Below are positions 38,086-51,171 of a stretch of 64,000 nt of DNA, piece after piece. The notes beneath the pieces were generated by a model. That model was not told where the DNA came from and did no database searches. It saw only the letters and a program-made list of their open reading frames with translations. Positions within the stretch are counted from its first letter, which is position 1. Every line of letters begins with the position of its first letter. This DNA is from Psammoneis japonica (Eukaryota), in contig QPGO01000030.1 of NCBI GenBank assembly GCA_008632985.1, forward strand, positions 186,001-250,000. The letters are read 5' to 3'. The translations under genes and the position numbers were made by a program.

Positions 38086-38809
38086 TGGAGGTTTCTCTGA
38101 TGCAACCAGAAGAGAGCAGGTTGAAGCTGAAAAAACAGCTTTTTGATGGTGGCAGAGGCACAGCACGCCATTTGGTGGTTTTGCTCTGATGCAAAGAAGG
38201 ACTCACCTTTCAGTCAGCAGCAGCTTCTGCTCTGGAACAGATTGCTGCAAAACCAAAAGCCACAACTGAAGCTTTGCACACAAGAGCATGATGGGTGAGA
38301 AGGTCCTTCCATTGTCGACATGTTTTGGTGGCACAGCCAGTGGTGCTGCCTGCTTGCTGCTCGTCCACACATGGCAAGTGGGCATGAGATGTGATGTGAG
38401 CAATGCACAGCAACAAGCCAAAAGTTTGGTGGTCATGTGACGGCTCTGCTGAGAACAGTTGCAGCCACACATCAAAAAAAAAGAGAGCACACGGAGCTGA
38501 TGGTGTTAAATTGACACATTGCCAGCAGAGCCACTCTGCTCTCCTCTCTGCCGGCAGCCACTGCTAGCTCTACAGTAGAGCTAGCTAGCTGCTAGCTAGA
38601 GTAGAGAGCTAGCTCTAGCTAGCTAAGCTCTAGAGTAGAGAGAGCACCGGCAGCGGAGTCTACACACGGGCACACACATAATTCCGTTCCGAGAAAAAGT
38701 TCCTCCGCCCAATTCCCATGACCTTCCATTTTATTTTCTTATTCAACGTTGTATAGGCAGCATGCCTGGGACGAAATGCGTGTTTACGAAGTGTGATGCG
38801 TGTTTGTTG

Positions 38810-40252
38810 TATGATCATACTGTACTATCACATTTTGTGTACAAAACCTGTCCGCCCGCTTTTGATTCGTGTGATTGAAGGCGGGATGGCTTTGACGATA
38901 CATCGTTCGTCCGTAGAATCTACGTAAAGTCTAGTATGTCGAAGCAATCACATCCGAGCAAGCCGTCGAAACCGCCATCACGCTGAACCTCTCACAATTC
39001 CGAAGTTGACCACTTATCAAGCATCGACTTACGTCTTACTACTATCAATCATCATGCAGGCCTCCCTTCTTCTCTTCACCATGACGCTCTTTACCATCTT
39101 CGGCGGCGCTATTCCATTCCCCATCGAACACGCGCTCTTTGCCTTTGCCGTCTTCATCGCGTTGAAGCAAGCTGTTCAACTTTCGAACGTCGACAAGACG
39201 TGCGTCGCGCCTTTCCGAGTCCCTGAGACCAAGCCATCCAAGACGATTCCGATCCAGATTCATGCCGAGCAGACGAACAATAAAAAGAGAAAGCGATCGA
39301 GCACCACCAGCTATTCTGACGATCTTGACGACTCTTCACGTGAAACGAAAGTGCCCAAAACCGCCATGACCACTTACAAACGCACCATCCGTAAAGTCCG
39401 CAAGACTAAAAAACGTTCGAAGGACAAGGAATGTGAATCACCCTTCGACCGTCGAAAGATACAAGCATTGGCACGTCAAAAAATCATCAACGAACGTCGC
39501 TTTGGCACAAGCGAAAAAGGCGAAAAGCGCGCTGCTCAGAAGAAGCTCCGCCTCCGCCGACGTCGACCGGACGAAGATGTTCCGCTTCTACACCGCATGC
39601 GTCAAGAGGTGCAAGCCGCCAAGCGCAAGGAAAGGGTCTGGGCTAATCGTAAAAAAGCCGCCTAAGGACAAACAGGGGTCAGTCAATATTCATCCTGCGG
39701 CAGAGTCTATTTGTGTTGTGGCATCATTACATTTTCAAGAGGGGATCTCGAGAGACGGATTGCAACTTATGGTGGGATTGAATGGAGTTTCTGGTTTACC
39801 GACTCGTAGCAACGTGACGAATCTGCGGAAGAATTCTACTTCTTAAGAAGAGGTATCTCTGATACCGTGATCCATTTTGTTGAAGCAACTGAAAAGAATC
39901 AGTCGGTTGTGACCAACTCATCGGATCATAGAGTTCAATATGCGATTTGTATCGTTGTTGGGAAGAAATCAAAGGAAGAATTCCACTCTATTCAACAATT
40001 TGAAACAGAAAAAAGAAATATATAGAGCAATCCTACTCACAATCAAAACTACCATTCTTTCTTTTACTAAGGCCAGTAGAGCTGACGTCGTAGTGCGTGT
40101 ACGGGGAATGTTTTTCCAACTCGTGTTCGAAATATCCATTTTCCGTCATCTTCCTTCTTGCCTTTTCATCTGGAATCACCCACATTGGTCAATGGTAACG
40201 CCTTGAATCTTCGGCGTGCACTACTAGTTGATTTGTAGCTTGAAAAGGTATC
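38810..40252 (+). repeat. segmental duplication, copy 2
   Basis: Matches 24740-26265. Confidence 0.9.
39054..39665 (+). CDS. hypothetical protein (paralog 2 of 24996-25601)
   Basis: Near-identical translation starting MQASLLLFTM. Confidence 0.65.
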   Translation: MQASLLLFTMTLFTIFGGAIPFPIEHALFAFAVFIALKQAVQLSNVDKTCVAPFRVPETKPSKTIPIQIHAEQTNNKKRKRSSTTSYSDDLDDSSRETKVPKTAMTTYKRTIRKVRKTKKRSKDKECESPFDRRKIQALARQKIINERRFGTSEKGEKRAAQKKLRLRRRRPDEDVPLLHRMRQEVQAAKRKERVWANRKKAA

Positions 40253-40769
40253 TACCATAATTTTTAGCAATCCGATTTAGGCCGACTTATCATAGGCCAC
40301 GGTACGAGACATCCATATACATACTGCTAGAGAGCAGCCCCAACGCGTTATACAAAAGTAGAAACGAGACAAGTATTTACCGCTGTTGGAACTAAATCTC
40401 GGATCCAATTCGGTTTCTGTCTCTCTAGCCTCATTACAATCCTGATTCAAACCAAGGCATTGCCGCGCAAGCACTAGGTAGCATTTTCATAAGTTAGTCG
40501 TGCAATCTCTGTACTCATTTCGGGTAGTAATTGTACGCAAGAAGATACTTCTCCACCTTCGAAAATCGGTCACCGTGCGAGTCGAATCTTGACCTTGACG
40601 TGGGTGGGCGCGACAATACGAGAGGAGGGAATTTCGATGCTAGTCTTGGGTGATGTATCGTCAGGGATGTTATATCCTTCACCTCTACAACCTTGACTTA
40701 CGGCTGCTTTTGCTCATCATCATTACTCGTTCCAGAGACCTCGTGTCCACCACAATGTCTAAAGTTGTT

Positions 40770-41045
40770 CTATATTGCAACACTCTGTGCGTTGTGTCCT
40801 CTCAATTGCACCAGCTCTGTAGAATGACGCAGCACGTGGCCAGGGCGACGACGCTTCATAATGGTGGCTTCAGTGGTCGATCCCTGGCCACCATAGTCGC
40901 TGGGTAGATCAGAAGGTCGGACTAACTCCCGATGTCTCTTTCCCATCGCACTTCGACAAGAGAAGATAACCTCAATCTCGACAGCCGCTCGCGCATCTAC
41001 CCAGCCTTTCACCATCCTCCAAGTGTAGCAGATAAGAAACGGGGG
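40770..41045 (-). pseudogene. fragment of a CRAL-TRIO/Sec14 domain C-terminus
   Basis: TWRMVKGWVDAR...LRELV-like...LPSDYGG resembles the Sec14 C-terminal motif. No N-terminal part, and stops downstream. Confidence 0.55.
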
Positions 41046-41312
41046 GGGGGGGGGTGTTGACAATGATCATTTTGGGCATGATCTCTGGGAAGCAGAGTTA
41101 ATCAATGAATTGCTCGGCTTGAAGCTCTCCTTCGTAATGCCGCCGGGGGGCGGGGAGGGGGGACACGGATTGGCAATACTGAGGGACGGCCGCCATTCTG
41201 TTGCATTGATGTGGGCTCTACTTCAAAATCTCTTACTCTATGCTGCTTTTCGATCGTCTAGAGCATAAACATGGACGCTTGTCTTTGTGTCTTCCTGCAT
41301 AACACATTCAAA

Positions 41313-42525
41313 CTACTGCATAAAAACGTTGCAATAGGGATCAGGGATATCACTTTCGTACCATCGTGTAGCCATGTGTGGTGCCCTAGAGTTTGCTTTC
41401 CTTTCGTTGACATAGGGGTCAGGAGCGAATCGCTTGCTCCCATCGCCAATAATTGGTACCAATGCTGCTTTTATCGGATAAGCTAGTGGCCCAACGTTTC
41501 GGATTGCAATTGTGCTGCCACAGCAACCATTCCATTCATATCCTGGCGTTTCGATCACCTGTGTAAATGGACTTGCCAGGCCATCGTCAACGTAAACTTC
41601 TGCGACTTGCTGAACATTGGACGGCCCTTGCCACAATTCTATAACTGCCATGAGCGGCAGACCATCCGTGTGGAGATTCACTCGCACACTCTCCACCTCT
41701 TGCTGGAACTGAAACGTCTTTAGAGCCCCTCCATCAACGGTTTCGGACCGAATGTGTATTACATCATCTCTTCTAGCCAGATCTGCATCCTCAATCGTTG
41801 CTGTTGCTGGGAACTCCATAGCCCCTTTGTTTCTGATCTGCATGGTGCCAGGCATTCCCGACTTTCCCGAGTTTTCGAATTCAGCCTGAAATGGACGCAA
41901 CCATCCATCCATACTCCATGTCCTGACCCACTGTGGCGTGTTGTTTGGCCCCTGCCACAAGTAATGATAGAACCTGTATGGTTAGCAAAGTTTGAGAAAA
42001 ACTCATCACAGTACTCGCGCAGCAGAACGTGCATGCACTTACTTGCCACAATTCCACTTCCGCTTCTACAGGGCTGCGTCTGTCGCTCCCCAAATTCACC
42101 ATTGTTCTATCAGGCGACGCATGCCAAAATTCTCGGCTGCCTGCTCCCTGGATGTGTCGCGTTTGTGTTTTCTGTGGTCGGTCGCTCATTATTCCCGGGC
42201 GACCAGTCTTTGCTGGTCCTGCCGAAGGATCGTACCGGTATCCTGGTCGCTCTGGTGGTGGTCCCGGCTCTGACGGGTTATAGCGATACGACCTCTGAAC
42301 CACCGGAGTCTTTGAAGGATCGTATCGGTATATTTGTGGAGCGTATCGGCTACCCCCTGGCTTGGCAATTCCTGGAGGCGGAACATTATCAGTTCTGGTT
42401 GAAGTATCCACAGAAACCCTCTGCGAGTTCAATTGTTGACCCGAAGTTTTGCCGCTCAGCGTAGCAAACCCGCTTGCTCCGTGAGAAAAGACACAAAAGG
42501 CTACTAATGCATTCAAGACTCTCAT
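41313..42525 (-). CDS. diatom-type secreted or plastid protein with a duplicated 'ELWQGP' domain (intron 41952-42042)
   Basis: Signal peptide ending ASG-F. Two repeats: IQGAGSREF..VELWQGPNN and VDGGALKTF..IELWQGPSN. The intron restores the frame. Confidence 0.82.
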
Positions 42526-42645
42526 TATTGCCTTTGTTGTCGATTGAGCTGAATATGGCAACAACTTCAGAGTGTGTGTGATGTTTTTTGATGTCAAGTA
42601 GTGATGTCTTCGCCGGCCCGTTGGCCCGTTGGACGCCGGATGCAT

Positions 42646-42681
42646 TGACGTCAGTCAGTTCTTCCTAAACAACGCTGACGT
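42646..42681. promoter_or_regulatory. bZIP-type TGACGTCA / TGACGT elements
   Basis: TGACGTCA at 42646 and TGACGT at 42676, ~120-150 bp upstream of the ATG at 42525. Confidence 0.4.
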
Positions 42682-42769
42682 TGTTGCTTCCGTGATAAAG
42701 TACGTATGTACAGTGTGAATTATGAACACAGGAAATTATTTGTCATCACGTTGCAGCGATTCTTACTTC

Positions 42770-45700
42770 ATGTGACACTCATTGGGAGCTGACAAAATGG
42801 ACATTCTGCACAACACACTGTGCTGCCAGTGCCCAGAGTGGAGAGCACCTGCCACTGAAGCAGCAACTGCAACTCCTCTTCCACCTGACATGCCGCACCA
42901 TGCATCACACTGTGTCCTTCCCCACCCACCCATCTCACCTCTCTTCCCACTCTCTGCGTGCAGCAGCCCCACCCACACCACACCACCCACGCTGCACCGT
43001 GGTCAGCGCCCCCCCCCCAAGGGCTTGTTCATTTTTGGTGGCTGGGGCCTGGAGCAGAGAGCAGCCAGGCACAGCTCTCTTCTGCTGTTGGTGGACGACT
43101 CCAAGCAGCTGGCAGCAGGCTGCTGTGGTGGACAGCTCGCCAACAGGCACCGGCGGGCCCTGCTGCACATGCTGCAGTGTCACCATGCAGCATTGTGTGT
43201 TGCACACATGCAAACTCCCATCACAATGTGGGTGCTCCGTGACAAACTGTCACATCTGTGGCCAAACTCAGCAGTCACACACACACTCACTCAGTCAATC
43301 AGCTGCAAAAAAGACTTTGGCATCACTTGCTGGGCAGTCCTCAGTGACAAACAACTCAAAGACTGACACTTGTTGTGCTGCCAAATGGCTTCAACATTGC
43401 CCAAAGTCCACAAGAGGTCACCCGACTGGTGTGGATTGACCACATGAAACATGAACAGCAAAGTTGAAAGTGTCCCACCCTGCAGCACAAATGTCAAATG
43501 TCATTGTTGGTGCTGCCCAGCAGCCAGCCCAGCATGATTTTGCATTCCTGGCATTGTTGTTCTGCTTGCAGTCATTGGTGAGATTGGCGAGCTGCTCTCA
43601 TGTTGTTCAGCCAGGCTTGGAGGCATTCCGGGGGGGGGGGCATGCAGCAGTTCTTCCTGGGTTCCTTCGAATGACCTCCTGTTGATTTGTGGAATTTGCT
43701 GGGGGTGGCTGCCTGGAGCAAACACACCTCAAACCTGCTCATGGATGGCTTCAGTTTTTGTGCTTCTGTTGGCATTGCACTGGCCCGGGGGACTGCGCCA
43801 TTGCAGTGTTCCAATTGACCCCATGAGACATCACAGACCTTGACAATGAGTGATCTCACCCACCTTTGCCCTTGTTTCCTGGAGTTGCCCCCCACTGGCA
43901 GCAGGCATGCTGCGCAAATTTCCAGTCAAGTGAAAGACAGCCTTTGACAAACTTGTCCCATCCTGTCCAATCTTGGGAGTCTGCAGTGCACTGAACCAGT
44001 TCATCTCATGCTTGAACGTGCTGCGTTGGGGTGCCATTTTTCCATTCCCCAAGTCTCTGCAGGACAATTCCATGATTTCTGGGTTGGCCCCAGTCTTGTG
44101 CATCCATTCTTGGAGCATGTCCAGAGATTCATGCCATTCTTTTGCTGCGCTCTGCAACTGGCACTGCAACAGGCATGGGTCAAGTCTTCCACTGAGAAAA
44201 AGGTGCTGACTGAGGGCGTCACTGCACTGGGGATTTGCCCCACAAGTGCAGCATCTTGTTAACCCCGTGTGGCCCAGATGCATGCTTTGCCACCCATCGT
44301 TGTCTGGATGGCTTTAGATCCAATGTTGCTTTTGCTTGGGAGTCCCAACTGATTTCTCCAATGATCAGTGAAGAGAAACGGCCCTTGTCCATCCACCACT
44401 CTGCAAGAGTTTCCTGCCATCAATGGCATGATGGAGTGTGTCCGTTGTGTTGGGTGTGACTTTCCTGTTCCCAATCCAGAGCAACCACATCCCTTCTTCC
44501 TTCTTGCACTCTTTGTTTGGCAGGGATGCCTGGGGCATTGGCCACTCATTCTTTGGCCACAAGATCCATGTCAACATTCAATCTGGAGGGGCAATCCAAA
44601 TGAGTGAGCTGTTGACAATGCATTGCACTGTTTGTGATTTGTGGTGAGCTCACAGTCAAGGTTGTTGGAATTCTTTAAAGCCTGATGATTGTTGCAGCCA
44701 ATGGAGACATGTCCCTGGGTCACACCATGGAGGCTTGCCCCAGCCACCACCATGCCACAACAAGCAGAGTGCACACAGTGTGCAGCAGTGCTGCAAAATG
44801 TGTGATGCACTGCACAGTGGTCTCTTTTCTGCAGGACCAAGCAGTCCCTTGCCACCCTGGTCAAGTGATCTCAAAGTTTCTTTGTGAGTCACACATGAGT
44901 GAGTGGCTTCAACCCCACTCCCACCACAAACCATCCAGTGTGGTTTGCCACATGAAATCATTCATGAACATGATTGTTGCCCCGAACCACTGAGTGGTTT
45001 GCACAGTGCACCAAAAATGACCTGACACAAACGATGTGAAAAAACAAATGATGTGAAAGACAACAAGGGCATCACACAAGTCAACACAGTGGTGTTTGTT
45101 TGAAACAATGCACGCTTCATTTTAGCAGCTTGCTTGATTCTTAAAAGTCACTTTTCTGTCTTGGTTTCATGGCCGCACCCTCTGCATGTGTTTTTCTGCA
45201 GAAGCTCTGGCACAGATGTTGCCTTTCTCCGATGGTGTCACGATGGTTCCCACCTGCCTGTTCAGACCATTTCTTTTGTTGATGTGCCTTTGTTGTTTTG
45301 TTGTCATTGGCAATCTTGTGCAGTGGAAAATGATTGGCATTGAGCCCTTTTGGCTCCTTTGCTTGGCACTCTTCTCGGCGTTTTTGCTTCTCTTGTGCAA
45401 AGAAGTTTCCACACAAATTTCAGCACAAATTCTGCATTTTCTGCAAGTCATTTCAGAAGGACAACTTGGCAAAATTGCCAACTGCTCTCTCTCTCTCCAC
45501 ACCTTTCCTGTCAATGACCCCCCTGAGAAAGTGTTGAGCCTGCTGTGAGTGGCTTGACTTTCAGCCCAAGTGGGGCTGAGTTTGGCCACAGGGGTGCAAG
45601 AGTTGACAGCATGAAATCTGTGTTGTGGCTGGAGCTCACACATGATGATGCATGAGAATCTCAGCATCAACATGTTTGTAAGTTCTGAGGGGGTCGGGAC

Positions 45701-48700
45701 CTTGCATGGCAACTCCTCCCACAGACAAAAGGGTGGAAGTTTGGGCTGTCAGCAATGACTTTGTGCCACCCTTCATGCACAAAGACCATGAAAAGCAACT
45801 CCTCATTTTTGAATGTTGCATTTTCAGAACACTTGTTCTTGGGTTTCACACATGCACATGTGTGCACCTGACACCAGGTGCTCACAAGTGCTGCTTTGCT
45901 CAATCTGGCACAGTGCAGTGCAGCATGGAGTGTGTTGACCAGTGGTCAGTGCCTTCCCAAAGGGCTTGTTCCTGTCAGCCAACTCACTGCAGTGCTGCTG
46001 GCAACAGGTTGGTGCAGTGCATTGAAATGGCATGCTCCAGGAAAGAGCAAGTTTGCTGTGCTTTTTGTTTGGCATGTGCTGCTGGTGCAGAGCAGTCTCT
46101 TGCCATGGCATCAATTTTGAAAATTCACTCAGCCGGGCACCATCAAATGATTCTGGCCTTCAAAGCCACTGCCTTGTTGCAACAGCAAAAGTCACAAACA
46201 TGACAGATGCCATGCAGGGTTGAGCATGGAAAGGAGTGTGGGGGCACCCAGAACAGCAACTCATCTGGAGCATCATGGCCAAAACAGAAATGTTTTGACA
46301 AACCACATTTTGTGCAAAAAAATGTGATTGCTCTGACTGACAATGACGCCACCAGAAATGGGGTGCCAATGTTGACAATGTGCCAACCCAAAAAGACAAC
46401 ATGACAATTTCAAGTTCTCCAGAGCCCTGCAGGAGAAGAGTGCACCAAAGGCATTGATCAGTGCACACTTGACAAGCCAACTGAGAAGAGGCAGCTGATG
46501 TGGTGGAGACATCATGGTTGGGTTCACAAGGTCACACCTGAGGAAAATGTGAAAGGGGCATGGAAGCCACTTTGTCAGAGCAATGTGTGGCTGGATTCAA
46601 TGATGCCAGGGTGGAAACCTGGGGGTGCATTTCTCGTGCAAGGGTGACAATGTTGCAACTCACCATGTCAGCAGTGGGGGTGGAAGATTGGCCAGTGTGG
46701 TGCCCAAGAGCTGTGTGTTCTCAACTCTCTGATTCAGCAGATGTGTGAAGAGAGCCAATTGGTGGGTGAAAAAAAAAGCAGCCAATGGTGGTCACAAAGG
46801 GCAAAAGAACTCAGCATGCACTTGGCTCCCATCACCCAGAAGTCCCGTTGCAGCAGGAAGCTGGCTGTCCAGCAGAGTGTCTTTTGTTCTCCTGTCACCC
46901 AGTCCAGAGAAGTGGCGCAGACAAAAAGGTTTTTTGAGTGGATGTTTGGATGTGATGATTTGGACATGAGTCCTCAAGTGGTTGGTGGAGTGGCAGAATC
47001 TCGACATTTGGGGCAGCGTCACAGCCGCAGTGAGATTCTACACAACCAGCTCTTTCTCCATCACCATTGTCAGCCTCTGACTCTAGATGGCAATGCAAGC
47101 TGGACCACAGTGTCAAGTGATCTCAAACATTTCCTGGACTGTGATTTGGAAGATGTGTCTGGTTAGATCCCAAGTGTGAAGCTCTTGATTGAGGCACACT
47201 CAAAGGTCACTGTGTGGCTTGCAGCAGCTTGATGGACTCAATGTGCAGGCAGCAGCTGTGTGCAAGCAAAATGACATCTGCTGATGCATCTTACAATGTC
47301 ACAAACTGAATCGCCAGTTGGAAAAAGCTGTGAGTGCGCAAAGCTTTGGTTGCCAGTGAGGATGAGTGCTTTGAATCCTCAACGGGTTTCTTTGCTCTCT
47401 CCAACAACCATCTTGAGGTCTTTTTGGCTTTCTCTCAAATGGCTGAACAAGGTTTTCAACTGGATTTTGTCTTTTCTGATTCACTCAGACATGATCAAGG
47501 AATGTTGGACTCACTGCATTGAGGCACATTCAACAGTGCTAAGTTGCTAACATCAGCAGAGCAAGCAATTTTTCCAAAACTGGAACTCTTGGGAGAGCCA
47601 GAGCACTTCGCCACATGCAAAAATGCTGTTGCAGCTGTTGACACATTTGAATGTGCAGTCAACAAAAGCAATGATGCAGGTGCCATTTCACTTGCACTTG
47701 ACATGAGTTTTTTTGTCTTTGAGGACAGCATGAGAAACAAAACATCATCAGTCATGGGATCTCTTGCCTGTCCAAATGTTCTCATGATTCATTTGAGCAA
47801 GATTGAACAAAAGAAATAATTTTTCCCAACCGCAACTCTTTCTTTCTCAGAAACATCTTGTCTTGGTTGGCAGCAACTGTCAAAATGATGTTGTGATTTT
47901 GACAAAGGATTTCAAGGATGCTGGTTTCATGGTGCCCCCATTCCAGAATCTTTTGGACTTTTGTGGCCATGGGGGTTGTGGACTTGCTTGTTGAATGCAT
48001 GTGCAGAGGGCAATGTGGACTTGATGCTTTGTCAGCAATTCTGTTGGAGCAACATTTCCCAAAACTGGTGCTGTGTTGATCCCATGTGTGGAACAGACCT
48101 GGAGGTCTTGCCACAGATGCACTTGACTGCACTGCACAAGATTGTGAGGCAGGCACACAAGTGCATGAAATGCTGAAGGACTTGCCTGATCTTTCCACCC
48201 ATTTGAGGAAGGACAAGCTGAAGGTGGGGTTGGAGGCAGATGCACTTCCATGCCAAAAGACTGATGTCAAGCCAGTTTCAAGAGGCCAGATTGTCTGCTG
48301 CTCTGGCTGCACTGTGGCAGGATTGGAGAGCTTTTGGGTTCCCAAGTTTTGCTTGAGGTGATCAGCAGGCTGAAGCTGGACTCAGTTTGCCATTTGCCTG
48401 AGTTGGGAACAGACGGTGCAAATGAAACAGTGCACAACACAAGATTCACCCCCAGCAGAGGTGTCGCAACCTTTGCACGTTTCAAAATTAATGCAATGTT
48501 GAGGGAGGGATTCCTTTTGTCCCTGCAGAAGAATGCAGGTGGCTTTGTCACATGGCTGGGAAGCCTGGAGAAAATGAAACTGAGGCAGATGTGATGAGCA
48601 GAGCAACGAGCAGCCAAAAGATCAAATTTTGAATGTTTGCATGATGACATCAAGCCCTTCTGAGATGAACCCAGTGAAGCCTCTGATGGCAGGCCAGGCT

Positions 48701-50630
48701 GTGACAATTGAGAGTCAACAATTGATTCAGATCATGCATGTGCCACTGGCATGCTTGGACAAAAATCTGGAAGAGAGGGAAGTGAGAGACACAGAAGAAT
48801 CTGCAGAAGGTGTTGAGCACTTTGTCAATGACTCCAATGAGAACAGCAATGATGACAACTTCTCAGGGACCCTCCAACAAGAACTCCAGAAAAGAGGCTG
48901 CAAACCATGGGACACAGTGCAGTCTTTGATTGAGTCAGCAGACAAGCTGGCATGTCCAGTTGGGAGCAAATGTGGAGCCACCTTCTGTGATCAATGCAGC
49001 ATGTCTTGCAAATGAGGAGGCAAATGAGTGCAAGCCCAAGATGTTGTTTGCCAACTTTTGGGTGATGAGCTCCATTTCATGAGACATGTTTCAGCACCCA
49101 TGTGCCACAGCTGGGAAGCCACATTTTTGCATCACTTGCATGTTGCCATCTTTGCACATGAGGGCACAACAGAAAAAAGTTTGTGGCTTTCTTTCAAGCA
49201 AAGGAAAAACTTGGCAGTTCACAGCAGACCACAACTTTTGACACACACACCAGCAAATGAGTCTCGAGACCAGCCCCGCGACATCTGCTGTTGCTGCTTT
49301 GCCACCATGCAAAGGTTCTGTGTGACTGCTTCCAGGATGAGATTGACTCAGAGATCCAGATGCCTTTGTGCTCAATGTGCAGGCCTGAGCCAACGCCAAG
49401 TGTGTCTTGGAGGCTGTCTGAGACCCAAAATGCATGTCTCTTTTTGCACCCCAAGAAAGGACAGGGATGGGCTGCAGCTGCTGCACTGTTTTCAGGGAAC
49501 AGGAGCAGCTGAGTCCAGAGGCATTCTCAATGCATGCAATCATTTGGTCAAGATTGAGCTGGTTCAGCGCACTTGGTGTGCATGTTGCTCACAATTGTCG
49601 TCATTTTCAGAGCTTGCATTTTTCAGAGAAATGCTGCCCAGGCTTCCACAGGGCTCTGGTTCATGGCGCCGCCCAAATGCTCTGGCTGGGCATCTTGTGA
49701 TGAAGGCATCTCTGTCAACAGGTTCTCACATTGGGAGAGTCATGCCCCATCGTCACATTTTGAGTCAAGTGGCAGCCAATTGAGGGAGCCTTTCAAAGAG
49801 CTGCTGCCATCTTGGAGGCTCATGTCAAGGCCAATGGCCTCAGAATTGCCGCACACATCTCTTGTCACAGAAGGAAGAGTGGTGGCTGCCAAAGACACTG
49901 ACGCTGGAAAGGTTTGCGACTGAAAAGGTCAGAGTCCTTGAGTGCATGAGCAAAACCTTCCAAACCATGTGTGAAAAGTGGAGTTGACATTTTGTTGAGA
50001 CCCCACCTCAGCTGGAAAAGGCAAAGAACTTGAGATTTTTCCAAATTGTGTTGGCAACTCGATTCCTTGCTGCAAGCAGTGGCGGACAAATTTGAAGAAG
50101 GCTGCTGCAGCTGGAAAAGTGTTGGAGAGAATGAGGCACTTTGAAAGCTCTCGACCACAACCAGAGGATGGGACTCAAGTTCCCCAGCCCTTCTAACCAG
50201 AGCCTGTGAACAGACCAGATGGCCAAGAAGCAGTTGCCACATCAACAGATGCCCGTCAAGGCTCAACAGCTGCAGCTTCATCTCCTCATCAAAATTGGCC
50301 ACCAGGTGCCAAGGCTCTTGCCCAGATCCAAAACCTTGTCCACCAATGGTGCCAGTGTCATGCTTCCCTTTCCCCACATTGTTTCCAGTGCTGTTGCAAC
50401 AAGCCACAATTCTTCCACATCCATTCTTGTGCAACCCACACATGTCATCAAATGCAGCAGTTGGCTCAGAAAACACCTGAAAAGCATCGTAAAAGAGTGG
50501 CTCGCAAGAAATGACAGGATCCCCGATGCAAAGCACCACATGCACTTGGTGCACACAACCACTGGCAAATGCAGTTTCCTTCCTTTTTCCTCTTCTTCTT
50601 TGTTTCTCGCTTCTCTCGCTCCGCGCCACT
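42770..50630. other. TpA/CpG-depleted hypermutated block, probably nested elements
   Basis: Same composition as the other blocks; sharp edges. Confidence 0.85.
43500..47300 (-). mobile_element. decayed non-LTR retrotransposon (LINE, RNase H-bearing diatom type); boundaries approximate
   Basis: Minus strand ~43975-43790 reads QDWTGWDKFVKGCLSLDWKFAQHACCQW..SRKQGQRWVRSLIVKVCDVSWGQLEHCNG, typical of diatom LINE ORF2 C-termini. A Cys/His knuckle lies at ~44260-44200 and RNase H-like GHVSIGCNNHQAL at ~44715-44675. Confidence 0.7.
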
Positions 50631-51171
50631 AATCAAGTGCGTGCTCCAGCAGCACGGGATTTTTACCTTTCTGAGTGAAAACACACAAGATGCTTGTACG
50701 CGTACTTTAGCTATGATCGGTGCTGCGTACGGTAAGTGGCCGGCTTGTGCAAGGCATGCGTTGGGGAGTCGCCATGAGGGTGATTGGTGTGTTACAGTCC
50801 GTTGCTTAGGAAGACCGGCGGCAGAATGTGCGTAGGTATGATTGAAACAATGAAGAATGAAGTAACAGATCTCTCGGTACGCTGAAGATAAGGACGGCAA
50901 TTGTGGCCATTCTTGAACAGAGTAAAACGGCAATGAGTTTTTGAGATGCTATTTAATCCATGTTTTCGAGAGCCTTTCGTATCTGCTCCAATCATGACGG
51001 ATAACGTAGCTTGTAGATGATGGTAAACAGTACTCATCCAAATTGAGAATCACTACGGTAGGCTTGAGGTAGACGGCATTCTGAAGCACCTGTGGCCTTT
51101 GCATCTCGTTGTGATGGCTGACAACTTTAGAATTTCCCACGGGCTGTAATAGCAGGTGTTTCGGTTGGTAT

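Larger units (their letters stand above)
27715..38560. other. large TpA/CpG-depleted hypermutated block with mixed relics and tandem repeats
   Basis: About 10.8 kb with very few TA or CG, sharp edges, and Cys/His-rich spurious ORFs. Confidence 0.85.

Noticed and set aside
47540..49020. Plus-strand protein-like stretches within the LINE-containing block
   Set aside because: Possibly a nested element, but no diagnostic motif could be recognised, so it is not called.
27715..50630. Hundreds of overlapping Cys/His/Gln-rich ORFs, suggesting novel metal-binding peptides or overlapping genes
   Set aside because: They are explained by loss of TAA/TAG and TAY codons in TA-depleted DNA. They occur equally in all six frames and show no coherent domains.
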